DNA of 64,000 nt from contig NW_026927325.1 of the NCBI RefSeq assembly GCF_032062105.1, positions 124,001-188,000 of the forward strand, read 5' to 3'. A program made the translations under genes and the position numbers. A model generated the notes under the pieces. The model saw only the letters and a list, made by a program, of their open reading frames with translations, ran no database searches and was not told where the DNA came from. The DNA is from Saccostrea cucullata (taxonomy: Eukaryota). Shown piece after piece: positions 24,634 to 38,235 of this stretch. Each line of letters starts with the position of its first letter. Within the stretch, counting starts at the first letter, position 1.

Positions 24634-27571
24634 TCAAACAAGCTTTCCTATATAACGGGTTCTGGGAAATTTGTTCTGCAGAGAAGGCCACTGAACTAAC
24701 ATTTCATCCACCAAGTAATAAAGCATCCAGGCCGACAAAGAAAGAGTCTCAACTCGACATATACTTTCCACATAAACTATACGAGGTTTACCCAACCTAG
24801 CTATCTGTAAAATACAACAACAAAAACAAAATCACAACAATTAATGATTTCATACAGCATGAAGTTAAGATAAAAATTTAAAAATCTTTAAAAGAAAGGA
24901 AAATATTACTGGTACCTTTAATATCAGTCCTGCAAGACATATCGGTACACATGTACCTGGACCATTACACAGTATCTGGAAAAACAGTATACTGTATAAG
25001 CAGAATTTTTTGAGAAGATTTAACTTTGGCATTATTAGCGAGGGTGCTGAGATCACTAAAATTAAATATCGATAAAATTAACTTCATTTTATATGTAATA
25101 GCTTCTTTAGTGAGCATATTAAAATCGCTAAAATTACTTCTCGCTAAAAATAAAATACTGTATAATCCCTATTAACCGCCCCTGCCCCTATAAGCACCCC
25201 CTAAGGTCTTTTTCAATTGTCAGGAAGTAAGGGCCCCCTGTACATTGATTAAAATCAACAAGAATCGTATCAAAAAATTGAAGAAAGTGAAAATGAAACT
25301 TGTCTTTTATCCAATTTCTCAGTGGAAAATGAATAATTTAGCATATTTTGGGTGGATTATCTTCACTTTAAGTAAAGTTAGGCATTATTTTAGTGGTTCC
25401 TTATTTTTATTTTCAAAAGATTTCTTGAAGTTAAAATATGACATTAAATATCATAAAGAGAATACCAAAATAACTGCCCCCTTTTTGCAATTTTCTAAGC
25501 GCCCGGGGCGGTTAATAGGGATTATACGGTACCAGTTTGTAAGGAAAAATCGCTAAATTTGTATGGTATGAGGAGAGGAATGTGCTTTAGATTGAATGAA
25601 ATTGAGAAATTGATATAAATCATGTTTACTTAAAAAACAGCACTTTACATGTAACTTCAAAAGCAAAAATTTTGAATTTGTACAAATACTTACAAGGTCA
25701 GGGTTACTTTTGAAGACTACAGGAAATGACTTCCACAATGCTATTAATGTTGACAAGACAGAGCTTGTCCAAGACTGTGCAACTTCTCTGCTTCTGGGAA
25801 TCAGGACTATTGAATACTGTGCAGAATAAAGAAAATAATTTTTGGGAGAAAAGTCCAGTGCAATTTTATTCTTATAGTAACAAACTTGCCCCACCCCATC
25901 CCTTATATCAGTTAAGTGCATATTATGAATTACAAGACTACTTAAAATATCCAATAAATAAAGCTATACGTTCTAAATTAACAAAACTGAGAATTTCTGC
26001 ACATCCTTTAGAAATTGAAATAGGCAGATATTCAAAGCCTTGTATCCCAAAAGAATCGCGTTTTTGTCACTATTGTAAAACTGTTGTAGAAAGTGAAATA
26101 CATTTCATATATGACTGTCCCTTATATACAGATTTACGAAAAAAGTACAGTCCTTTGAACATCTGTAATTTAAACGATAACATATTGAAAGAAAATCATT
26201 GTAAAGTATTTTGTAACCCTGACAATGCAGTTCATTCTAGAAGGCTATGTGAATTTTTATATGAATGTTTTGAATTGTGTTCCAAAAATAAAGCGCAATT
26301 ATATAATTTATATATTTAATGCATTTACTAGCTCATCACTGTCCATACTATACTGCTTGCATAATGATTATGTTTAATCTACAAGTTGTAATATTTACTC
26401 TGCATGGTTGACTTCACTGATCCATACACTTGCATGTATGCATGTATTTTATTATTTGTCTTTTATATGTAACATGGTTGTATGCCAACATGTTTGGTGA
26501 ATCAATAAAGAAATTGAATTGAATTAAATGTTTTTGAATTAATGTATTTCCCGAACAATGCTTCTGGTGCTGTGGTACATGTAAGCGTGGTATTTGTCAC
26601 ATTATAACTACAATATTCATGTAAAAACCTCTTGCATAAGTGACATGCTTGCAACAGGTACAAGTAATTGGCTCTACATTTATCTAATATATAATATCTT
26701 GTACTCATTTAGATTTTGACTTTTTAGACCAAGTAATACCAAATGAATGGAGCAAGAATCCATTGTAATCTGGTCAGAGGAATACTCACTTCTGACTTGT
26801 TTTTCTCTGTGGAAGTCCTTTGTTTTTCAAACTGTTCCACTTTCTGTTGACTCATGGTGTCAGTATTGGCAATGACGTAATATCTGGGATGGTAATGAGG
26901 ACCCAAACCTGACAGTAGACTCAGCATTTCTTTTGTATGTCCTCCTTTAATTGTACAATGAAATATATTAAATATATATGTTGTTATTTATCATATGATA
27001 TAGACTAGTCTTCTAGGTGAGAGAGTTACACTTTTTCATACAATCTGTTAAAAGTGACATATAGGTCCGATGGGCCGGGTGTTTGGATATTAATTGTATT
27101 AAATGTTTTTCATTGTACTGTATAACACATGACACTATAATAAACAATTTACTTACTTACTTACTTACACTTCTTTAAACAAAAAAAATCATTATTATGT
27201 TGTAACATGTGTAACTTAACATCTTGTCTTTCTAAAGAATCTTATTAATAATACAAATTAAAATAACTTTACAAATCGAACAACTTTATCCACCAGTGTT
27301 TCACAAAATATCTTTTCCATACTATCACTAATTTTACACTAGTTTGTATTTTATACATTAGACTAACTTCCAGTGCCAGAGAGTGAGAGAATCAGGGGTT
27401 CATTTTTGGTTTTATATTGTCAGCAAACTAATAATTAAATCAATAACCTGAACCCATTACAGCCAGTACTGAAACCGTGGATTTCCTTCTTTGGTAAATA
27501 GCTCTTGTGACAATAACAGCAAAACATACAGCAAGGAAAATTACACATGCTGCAACTATCAGAATCAGCAT
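24634..27571 (-). CDS. ALG14: UDP-GlcNAc transferase subunit ALG14; exons 27448-27571, 26790-26944, 25694-25816, 24916-24975, 24634-24804
   Basis: N-terminal hydrophobic helix, VMGSGGHTKEM, IPRSREVAQSW, PDLILCNGPGTCVP, YVESICRVETLSLS, VQWPSL, YIGKLV*. Introns are GT-AG and in phase. Confidence 0.96.
25158..25529. mobile_element. Pogo/Tigger-like MITE in ALG14 intron
   Basis: TA-CTGTATAATCCCTATTAACCGCCCC ... GGGGCGGTTAATAGGGATTATACGG-TA. Confidence 0.85.
25915..26530 (+). mobile_element. 5'-truncated LINE (CR1/L2-group) 3' end in ALG14 intron, antisense to host
   Basis: KLRISAHPLEIEIGRY..RFCHYC..VESEIHFIYDCPLY..LR is the Cys/His C-terminus of non-LTR ORF2; it ends in AATAAA plus an (AATTG)n tail. 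A second LINE tail (TTAC)n is at ~27140-27167. Confidence 0.85.
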
Positions 27572-27817
27572 GTTTACCAATTTTGTTTTATGACTGTCGT
27601 AAATATCTCGAGGACTCTAATCCGATTAATCTAAAAACAACAAAATTGTCGAAGCATTTAAGGGATATTGGCTGGTATTGTTTAAAATTTCTTTCATACA
27701 AACATGTAGCTCTGGAATAAGAATGAACGTAAAAAAATCATTTTTACGACATTAGTAACCAGTTTGTGGTGTTATTTACAAGAATCGGGATTACGTGTCT
27801 TCATATGGTTATTTAAG
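27572..27817. promoter_or_regulatory. Putative bidirectional promoter ALG14/TLCD4 with TLCD4 non-coding first exon
   Basis: ALG14 ATG at 27571 (-), a local CpG cluster, and a + strand donor AAG|GTAAAT at 27817/27818. Confidence 0.55.
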
Positions 27818-28347
27818 GTAAATGTACACATAAAGTTATGTTAATTCATATCAAATTTCAATGAATAATGCTTATCGATCATTTTTGCATTCATTCCTTA
27901 GCTTGTAGGTCTTTGCAAATTCACATGCTTTTGAAAAGCTTAGTTCGAATTTCCTCTTTTATTGTGGATTCCAAGTGTTGCTTGCACCTTCCAAATATTT
28001 GTAGCACACAGTATAAGTATTTGATACGTTCCATTTTCGTATGTTAAAGGAATGTGAGCTTCCCTAATATGAAATTCATTTACAGTGTAAGTCAATTCTC
28101 CAAAACAATAAAAACACATGTGCCTTGGTTTTATATACAGAAATGTGTATATGTCAATATGATATGAAATATATGGTCATTATATATATCTCATAATCTC
28201 AGCAGTATTTCTTTGACCTCTTTTGTGTGAGGCAGTTTTCAAGTTGATGTCACCTCAAACTTCAGTCAGAGTTTGTTTGTACCAGTGGGTATATCACTAT
28301 ATGCAGAGGCACTCAGAAGACTAAGAAGTAGATTACATGAGACTGTA

Positions 28348-28932
28348 GAGCGGTCCTACTAAACAGAGTACGATAGTATGATAGAGTACTTTAGAGTACG
28401 CTAGTAAAATTTTATAACTTAATGCAATTAAATTGCTTTTTGTATGTTTTTCTACATAAGTTTAACATAATAAACATATATCTTAAATAAAATATTTATA
28501 TGTGTTCCTTATTTTTTAAGTTATTTTAATTTTTGATTTCAGGTTACGGTTTATCGTTTTATCCCGATATAATTTAACTTCAAACGTTTCATTGTTAATG
28601 TGAAAAATATTTAATTTTACGTGATATAATTAATTAAATTTTTGATAAATAAAATTTAGTTAAAGTTAATGAGTCTGAAACAAAATAGTAACCGAGATCG
28701 GGGTGTTGATAACCTTTAAAGCATTGAAATATGAATGTTGCTTTCTTGTCAAACTATCGCTAAAATTACAAATATTTGGGACAAATGTTGCAATATTATT
28801 TTATAATACTGTTTAATCAAGTTGTATATACATGAATAAACCAATCTAATTATATTAAAATACACAATTTTTCTAGCATACTCTAAAGTACTCCATCATA
28901 CTCTAGCGTACTCTGTTTAGTAGTACCCACTG
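28348..28932. mobile_element. Tc1/mariner-type MITE with ~65-bp TIRs
   Basis: CTACTAAACAGAGTACG..GAGTACTTTAGAGTA and its reverse complement, both ends flanked by TA. Confidence 0.8.
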
Positions 28933-31504
28933 TAAAGGGCATGTCATTTATAGGACTCAAGGAAGAATAAGGGATTAGAACAGTTCTCTTTAGGAATAGG
29001 ATGCCTGCAGAAACTGGTATAGTTTACCATGTTCATTGTTGACTGATGCACTCTGACCCAAATAGTACTATAGTTCATTTGTTTTGTAAGCTTCACAGCC
29101 ACTTTGTCCTGTGGCATTTGTGACTATGTGTTGAACATACTGTTTGTAATTCTCCTTCCTTTCCTGAATGTAAACATTATTCTTAAGCTTTTTGAAGATA
29201 ATATAGTGTTCTGTTGTGTGTGACTGTCTGTGTTTGTACGTCAAGAAGGTGTGCTTCTTCCTCTTATATATAGATGTTTTATGTTTCTGTGTAATCCAAG
29301 GTTGGTAAAAGTGCCTTGAAGTTATCTTTGAGGTCTTTCCATCACATTAAGAAATTTATCGTTGAATTTCTGCCATATGTCATATATTGATGGAAGTCTG
29401 TTGCAGATAGTACTAGTAGGCATTGCTGATTGAGCATGTTGAGGAAGAAATGCATTCCAGTAAGCTTTTATAACCAGCTTTAATTTGGTATAGAGGTAGA
29501 TCTTTTGACTAGTAGCTAGACCTCTACAGTCTGATCTATAGAATTATGTTTATTTACCAATCAAGAAGCCTCAGGGGCATAAACAATTGTTACAATATGA
29601 TTACAATACGATAATTGGTGGTTTAGGAGACCTTCCTTTTTTGGGGTGTCATTGTACACAATAATGCCATCCTGAATCTAACCCCACCTTTAATTTCATA
29701 CAAAACACATTGTTTCTATTTGTTTGATTGGACATCTCAATAGGAAAATTAAATTGAATGATTCTCTACATGGTTTAGGGAAAAACCTATTAGCCATTCC
29801 ACAGAAACACCACTTATTGCATCCCATGATGACATTGAGTTAAGAGTCTGGAAAATTGATAGGTGACTGATAACCACAATGATAGTTAACTGTGTATTTT
29901 GAAGCTTTTTTAAAAAAAAAAAAAAAAAAAACTTGATCATTACTGACTGAATTAAATATTTCAATTTGCAGTGAAAGTGTCTCATCCCTTTCCTTTAAAA
30001 GTATTTGTTACAAAAGTGGCTTCTTGTAAACACTGGCTTATAAAATATTCTTCTACAAAATAGTTTAATTTGTCAAAGACTAAAGTACATACTTGTGATA
30101 CACAGAGAACATGAAGGTTGTGCATGTACACGTAAAAATGGCATTTTGGCTCAATGGATTCAAGAGGGAACAAATTGAAATATGCAGCATAATTAAAGAT
30201 TGTAACACTGTAATATGAGATACAAAAAATATGGTTTAATGTTTCCTCAATACATCAGTAATGTTAATTATACTGATTTATGTTAATGTCTAGACAAATT
30301 TTAATGACAATTTGGGCATTTACAAGCTGTTGTTGTTTTTTTTTCAGTTCAAATTAAATGATTTTGCTTGAACATGCATGAACATTGCATATTTTTTTTT
30401 TTAAATGTGATATGAATGTAAAATTACAATTTAATGATCAATACTTCTCTAAACAAGCAAGAGTGAAGAGATAATTATCTTGTTTAACATGTTTGATACC
30501 GGGAAACACAATAATTCTCAGATCATCAGAGGCTAACTTGAGGAAATATTCCGATTTATGTAAATTTAAAAATCTTTTAAAAATTTAAATGCTAGTAAAT
30601 AAGATATGTTAGGTTTCTGGAAGAACATGAACTTCAGACATATCACACACTAGTCAGGTATATTGTTCCTGCCAGGGAAGAGCCTGGGTTGGTGTCTTCA
30701 GGAGCAAAGGTAAGGGGGAAAATATGGTAATCAGACGTGTTTGTTTACCTGTAGTGTCAATATAGCATAGAACATTTGTCAGTATAGTGGGGGCTAGTGG
30801 GGACATGGGTTTAGATCCTGGTCTGGCCTGTTACTTGCATTTCCTCTTTGTATGCCATTTAATGCAAGGCAAATAGAGTTGATATTACTTTCTACTAGTG
30901 TCATCACTTATGCTTTGAAAAAATAACCAAGGTACTCCCATAAGTTTCATTCTTTTTTTTTTTGAGGACTAAATCAAAATGCTACTAAGTTTTGTTCTCA
31001 CATGCATAATCATCCATTTTAAAAATCACTCTCACTCTATTGCTTTTCTAGATGCACTTCTTATATATTTCCCTATCATTTAAAAAAGCTGCAAAATCAG
31101 CGATTTTTTAAGTCCCTATCTTATATGCTATATCATGTATATAGCATGGACATTTTAAGGGTTTGGAGGGGATTTACTTCCTCATAACGCTGTACCATAT
31201 ATTGACCAAAGCTGCACAAACTGTGCATCATTAATGTTTCATTATACCAGTCGATCAGGATATAGGTAATAAAACATAATTATTTTGGTAGTGTACATTG
31301 TGTTTCATCCTGTAATGGATACAATTGAATTTTGCAGTAGCCAAATCAATACTAAGTGTCTGGTTATAAATTATAATACATACATCAATAAGCAGTTCAG
31401 CTGCTTCATGTGGTATTTTTACTAATTTTATTATTTACCACATCAAGTAATTCACAAAATGATAATAAACAGATGAAAATGAAGCCATATCTTACTAAAT
31501 TGTT

Positions 31505-32510
31505 AAACCTCCCAGAAATGAAGTTTGGGGGTGTATAGGATCACCTTGTCTGTGTGCAGGGGAATAACTTTGTATAAAAGGAGAAATATTAGAATTTAAT
31601 TTTTGGTACAATGAATTCTTATGACCGTGATATGGCATGACCTTCACCCAATTCCTCCAGAAATTTCAAGATAGATGAAGTATAAAATTTTTGTTTGGTA
31701 TATATTGAAATAGGAAAAATGAAATATTCATGTCAATTAGTCCACATCTTGTAACTGTCGTGAGAAATATTGGAAGCCTAATCTTAACACAAAGATGGCT
31801 TATGACCAAGAATATAATATAAGCTTAACCTTGCAATTTCCTTCAGCTGGAGAGAAGTGAAAATCTTTGTTGAGAGTTTTAAAAGACCAAAACTTTGATA
31901 TGGAGAAACATGTGAACTTTATTCATTTTTTTCATACAAAAGTTGCTTATGACCTGAAGATGTGTCATGAGCTTGTCTCAAGGTCATTCCAGCAAGCTCA
32001 ATGTCACTGGCAGAAATTCATGTCAAGTCTATAACTCTCTAATGCAGAAACATTAGATGTTTATTCAAAGATGATTTAAAAGAGCCGTGCTCTTGAACCA
32101 GGCTTGTACTTTAGACTTAATGTTATCTTGGCAAGTTCGTGATAACTGCAAAGAAAAGTGACAAGATTTGTCTAGTAGTCTATAGCTTTTTAATGTGAAA
32201 ACATTGGAAGTACATTTTCCCCCCAAAAAATGGCCATGTGTCATTGTCCTTGACCTAAAGTCATTTTGGCAAGTCTCGGGTCACTTTCAGACAAAAGTCT
32301 AAAATTCCTATCAGGTCCACAACTTTAAAATGGAAAAATGCTTACATGTATGACCAGCATATGTGCTGTATTCTTGAATTAAGGTCATTTTTTTAAATTA
32401 AAGATTTTTTTTTTTTGGTAAAACACATAAAATTTCTGAGCTTGCTCACAGTATATAAGTACTTTTAGTTATCATTCAAGATGGTCCCTAATAGTTGGTT
32501 ATTTGGTGAG
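31505..32510. mobile_element. Decayed Helentron-like element with tandem units in TLCD4 intron 1
   Basis: Recurring GAGAAACATTGGAAG..GCTTATGACC..GGTCATT units following a TGTCTGTGTG microsatellite seed. Confidence 0.5.
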
Positions 32511-32847
32511 GACATAAACTATATGTGGATGTGAACTTGAAAGCTAACAATACATTATTTAATGATGTAGTGTCATAACAGAAAGCTTTTAGATCCTCAG
32601 ATAAATAAAAAGAGAATAATTCAACTCATTGACCTTTAGATTTAATCTCTGTCCCCTCTCATGTAGATTGTACTTAGGTTGCTGACTGATTCATTATCAC
32701 ATGATAACCAAATTGTAAGAACATTGACTTGTTATCATATGATAATTTACTCCATGTAAAACACACTTATCAATCAAAGGTTCATTATAATTATTTATGT
32801 TTTTCCTCTATTTTAGGCCCGGGTTGTAATGTTAGTCAGTGTTCACC

Positions 32848-35800
32848 ATGCCCAGCATCCAGTCTATGGAATTTGACAGTAAATATCTGCCAGCAGCATG
32901 TATAAGTTTTTTCTTCTTTCTGTTCCTGTTCAAGTTTGTCAACCCAAACTTGTCCAAGAAAATGTTCAGCAAGTACAACACCTTACCTGTTGCCAACAAG
33001 ATAGACTGGGACACCAGGTATGATTATTGCTTGAGCACAAATTTTGTACAGAGGGTAAGGTGCCATTAGCATTTTTATGTATACCTACCAGTTATAGTAA
33101 TAACAATTGTATATATTTACTTGTACAGATTGTAGAATTACCAGAATTGGAGATCAGTTGGTATATTTGAATATAATATAGTTACAAGTAGATGTTGTGA
33201 GGTTATGGAGATGCAAAATTGAAAACTAGTAGATTCACTCGAATTAGAACTGAAAAGCACTTGGTATCATTGAATATTTCTTAATGACAACAGTGGTTAT
33301 GGGAATTCAAAGTTTCTAGTGTGGGACTAACAAAAATTATGCACAGATGTTGATGAAAAGAAGAGATTGGACTGCTTTACAAATTTATTGTTTGTGACAT
33401 ACATTTAATGCATTTTGATACATATAAATGTTATATCCTTTGTATAATGATTTCTTTTTTTCAGAATCAATTCAAGTGTTCATGCTGTGATTGTTAGCTC
33501 AATTTGTCTTTATGCATTTTTGTATGATGAAGAACTCAGCTCGGATCCTATCTGGTAATTTTTTGAATACAATGTACATGTATCTACTTTTGCATTTTGC
33601 ATAATTCATGTTTAATGTACAAGGATTGACTTTTGATGAGGTGTATTCGATACTATACAGACCTAACCAGGTCCACATAGTCACAAGTAGAACAAATTCA
33701 AAGAGAATATATATCAATTTTATTAAATAATCAGGAATTTTACAAAATTTTGACACTTAATTCTTGTCTGAAACAAATATAAACACTCATAATATAATGT
33801 GCAGTGTAATAACAAAGATTTTATTTTCTTAAAAAATTATATATTTATGTACAGAACAGTTTAAATATGAATTAAATTTCAAGCGTTTCTAGTGTTTTAA
33901 TGATAGTTTTCAGAACCAGGGTTAGGATAAGGATATGTGACTCAGATGAGCAATGTAGCCAACAGGCCTCTTGTTTAAGCATTGTCATTATATTACCGGT
34001 AATCAATCCTAGTATTATAAGATAACAATTTTACTTATATGTTATAGGCATGACAGTCCAATTGTAAGAACAGGATGTGCCATTGTAATAGGATATATGT
34101 TGTCTGGTAAGTAGCATTAATATATCATATTGAAGACTTCTAATTAATTTTATTCATTATCAAAATCATACTGTTTACAGACCAAAATCATATGAAAATG
34201 AAAACAGCATAATTCAATGCAATAATTTTGAATATTTAAAGGCATTAGTTTATAATACATGTTAAGTGCATAATTCATTTTTGTTTGAAAATTTCAAGCA
34301 AAAAAAATCCAAAACATTTATTTGAAAGAAATCAAAGGCTAATTTGCAGCTCTGGAAAAACTTTAACAATATATGAAATAAATAAACAAAATGTTTTGTA
34401 GATGTAGTAGTCATGGCCATTTACTACAAGCACATTGGAGAACTCTTCTTCTTATTTCACCATGCAGCTTCAATTTATGCATACTATTATGTGATGGTAA
34501 GATTGTTTTAATACTATATTAATAGCCATCTTTTAACATTGCTAGACATGTTACTAATTATCTTGCAGAAGATTTTCGCTAATGCCATCCTTTGATATTC
34601 TAGGTTTTCGGAGTCATGCCATATTTTGCAAATTACCGACTGCTGGCTGAAATTTCTACCCCGTTTGTAAACAACAGGTATGACTGCCTTCAGAACTGAT
34701 TGATTGTCATTGATCGATATTGTTTAATGTTGAGTTGGAAATATTTCAGCCATATTTTGGCGGTGAAAAGTTATAGGTTTGATAGAATTTTTGGGTTTCT
34801 CTGGCGGCCCCTAGTGAGCTTTAACTTATGTGGAAAACCAGAAAAACATCTTTTACTTGCAAAGGGGGTTGGAAGGTAAAAGATCACTTTTCTGGTTTTT
34901 GAAAAAAGAGCAGGCTCACTAGGGGCCAGGGGGACACCAGAGAAACTCAATCTTTCAAACCTAAACAAAACTTTTAGAAACTCAAACTTTTTCTCTGGAA
35001 AATTATTCCAGAGAGCTACAACCCCCCATTGAAACAGTCTCTTTTGATGATGATGGGACCACTTGTATATTTAAACTTTTTATTTCTGAACTTATCTGAA
35101 TTTTCTCTTATCAAATTGTTCAGTTGGGCAATGTGGCTTACTGGGCCCTTTGTTCTTTTAAACTTTTAATATATCAAATCTTGTATATCTCAAAGTTATT
35201 TCAGTCCCATGTTGTTTGAGATTATTAAGTTTGACTTTATGTATCATTCCTTTGTTTTGATATTTATCTGCCTTTCAGCAATTCTAAATGCCCTAAGTTA
35301 GTAGCTTTGGAATAACTAACAATTGTTCTATTTTGTTATGGTAAAAGTTGTGTGCTACTCTAACTGGCCTTTCAGTTGTGGACTTTGTGATGGTGAACTC
35401 TGATGGACATTAATCATAGGCACTCATCATCTTAATTTGTTAAAAAAAATTACATCTACTAAACTGTAGTGCATGTAGTAGATGTAAATTTTTTTTAACA
35501 ATTAAGATGGGGAGTGCCTTTGGACAATATTAATGTTATAATCATTATCTGCTGTTAACTGATCCACTTTATGCTATATTTCAGGTACTTTTTTGACATG
35601 CTTGGAATAAAGAAAACAGACCCACTGGGATTTACTAATGGCATCCTAATGACTCTATCTTTTTTTGCTGTTCGTATTGTTGTAATGCCATTTTATTGGA
35701 TGAGAGTGTATGAGGTGTATGGAACAGAAGCATTTACGAGATCGGGTCACATTCAAAATGTCCTGTTATATTCCTGTCTTGTTCTTGATGTCATCAATTT

Positions 35801-35894
35801 ATTTTGGTTTTACAGAATGTTAAAAGGTGTTCATAAAGTGTTAAAAGTTAATTTTGATAAGAACTCCAATGAAGCTTCTAAGAAAATCCAGTAG
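32848..35894 (+). CDS. TLCD4: TLC domain-containing protein 4 (TMEM56); exons 32848-33017, 33465-33554, 34048-34106, 34402-34496, 34604-34677, 35585-35894
   Basis: KIDWDTRINSSVHA, DPIW, IGYMLSD, FLFHH, NYRLLAEISTPFVNNR, NGILMTLSFFAVRI, LDVINLFWFYRM: TRAM/LAG1/CLN8 domain of TMEM56 type. Confidence 0.92.
35415..35522. mobile_element. ~108-bp hairpin element in last TLCD4 intron
   Basis: CATAGGCACTC..CATCTTAATT..TTACATCTACTA / TAGTAGATGTAA..AATTAAGATG..GAGTGCCTTTG; degenerate flanking repeat GACATTAAT / GAC(AAT)ATTAAT. Confidence 0.65.
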
Positions 35895-36136
35895 ATTACA
35901 GATATATATTTTTGTTTGTTAGATGTATAACATTTCCATGTTGAAGTTTATGTATGAAAAGTTTAATAGCTGAAGGTTGGTTGTTTTGCTTTTGTTTTGT
36001 GTGTTTGATTATTTTTTTTTTCTTGTCCTTTGTTTTGTTTGTGGCTTTTTTTTCTTTAATTGTTGTCAAGATAGGATTCTGAGTGGTGAAGACTTGTTTG
36101 CACTTTTTTTTCTTTTTGTCTTATTTTTAAGAAGTA

Positions 36137-36311
36137 CAGTTGAACCCTCTTATCTCAAAGTGATGGGACCAGGAAAAAAAGAGATATCTTAAGTTGTGGG
36201 ATACTAATGGTAAAATACTTGAAAAAAAGGCTTCAGATTTCGAAATCACTCCAATATATTCCATGGTACAATGTATTCATGCTCGATTATTGAAATACCA
36301 AAGTTCAACTG
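36137..36311. mobile_element. TA-flanked MITE in probable TLCD4 3' UTR
   Basis: TA-CAGTTGAAC ... GTTCAACTG-TA; related decayed copy at ~37554-37766. Confidence 0.65.
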
Positions 36312-38205
36312 TATTATTTTTTCCTTCAAAAATCACATATAGAATTATTTGTCTGAGATAATGCACAGCAAAATTATTTGAATACATGTATATTCATTGC
36401 AGTCTCCTGTCAGAATAACAGTTAAACTTTCTTCACAAATTTTGGAACTGAGAAAAAAAGTATTAAAGTACTTTTTCTATTTTATGATTTAATAATTTAA
36501 CTCTCCCATCTATAAAATTTCTCAAAGTTATTTTGGCAACAGCTGATGATACAATCATCTTAGTTAGCAAAGGGTGACAATCCACTCCTCATATCTTTTC
36601 AAGGAAACAGAAGACGAGCTGATCATCATCCTTGGCTAGCAAAGAGGATGTTAATGTATATTTTTTTACTTCTTTGAAAATAAGTGTAAGTGAAAAAAAT
36701 AAGAGAGAGAGAGATTCAAACAGAGAGTGTTGTGTTATGAAGATATTGTTTGTTGTATAGAGTTTTACATGTGGATATATTAGAAGTTAAAACAAGGGCA
36801 TTTGGGAGCAGTATTGAAGTTTGTGTTTTTTGTGCAACAGAAAATACTGAAAATAGAATTGTGAGAGATGGTGTTGTGTTTGCTGTGTTTTATTTTGAAA
36901 CAAGTTACATATGTTCATCATTATTGTTGAATGTACTAACTTGGTTTAAATCAAGATATTGAATGTTGTTATATGTTATATTGTTTGGAAAGGGTATGTA
37001 CAAGTCCATATTATTGGTGATATTTTCAGGAATTCCAGTATATTTCGTTTATACATATAAACTGTGCTCTGTCTACAAATACTTTCTTGTCAAATTGTGG
37101 CATGTATATTTTATGTCAATACTGCCGATATTTTTTAAAGATGGTCAGAGTCATGATGGGAAATATTTCTGTATAACAACATTCTACCTGAAGTTGAAAG
37201 AAAATGTCTCAGATGTTGCCGTTTTGTTTTTTATTTGTGTTCCTTGTTAGTGTATTTGTTAGATTTGCAAGATCATTCAATGTTAGTGAGTTTGTTATAG
37301 AATTACAACAGAGAGGTACTGTTATTGCTGAAGAATGCATATTATTGCATTTAAAAATATAAAAAGTTTGAATTTATATTTCTTGAATATACATAATTGT
37401 TACTTAATTTTTTTTATTCTACACAATAAAACGTGAAAATTATATCTTGTTCTTTTTTTCACTTAAATGGTTCGATGTTAGAAATAAATGTTTTGGTGTA
37501 TTAGGTTGATTTCTAAAAGTGCTGTACATATAACAATTGACTCATAGGAGATACAGTTTGAACATGGGGGATCATAAAAGATACAAACTAACTTTTAAAT
37601 TATTTCATACGGGAAGGATTGATGAAAAAAAAAATCAGAGAAGTCTAAGGATGCACAAAATTGAGGTTAAAATGCACATTAAATAAAAGTGGTTGAGACA
37701 CTGTACTGATTTGACATTTTCTGCAGTATTCAAGATACATATGTTTGAGATATCCAAGTTCAACTATACCTTGAGGTACCTAAATATTAAAAATTCCAAT
37801 TCATCATAAATTCACTAGTCAACTAATCATTGTTAAGGATGCTGGAGATCAAATATAAAGGGTGCCTACATTTTAGCTAGAAGAAACTGAGCTCTCTTTA
37901 AAGTAGAGATAACTTTTCCATGTAGTCTAGCTAAAATAAATGACTCGAGGCACCCAAGTAGTCGGGGGGGCTTTTAATTTATATAATATCTCTAATTTGG
38001 GTCTAATTCATAAAATGGATAAATTTTTTTTTTATAAGATCTAAATACATGTATAAAGCAAATTTAATTTACCAAGCACTGAGAGAAAAGGCTGTTTAAA
38101 AAATAAAAAAAATTATTAAATAGATGAAAACCTGCACGAATAATTACAAGTTCAACTTACCCTTCTATTGGTTTACCCATAATCCTATGCGCGAAATTCC
38201 ATTGC

Positions 38206-38218
38206 GTTTCCTGTCAAC
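38206..38218 (+). promoter_or_regulatory. X-box (RFX)-like motif at IFT74 transcription start
   Basis: GTTTCCTGTCAAC resembles the RFX X-box palindrome typical of ciliary gene promoters and lies 18 nt before the inferred start codon. Confidence 0.55.
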
Positions 38219-38235
38219 AGACAACATCGAGAATC

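Noticed and set aside
25726-26319. 197-aa ORF as a host gene
   Set aside because: Chance fusion of the antisense of an ALG14 exon with a LINE ORF2 tail.
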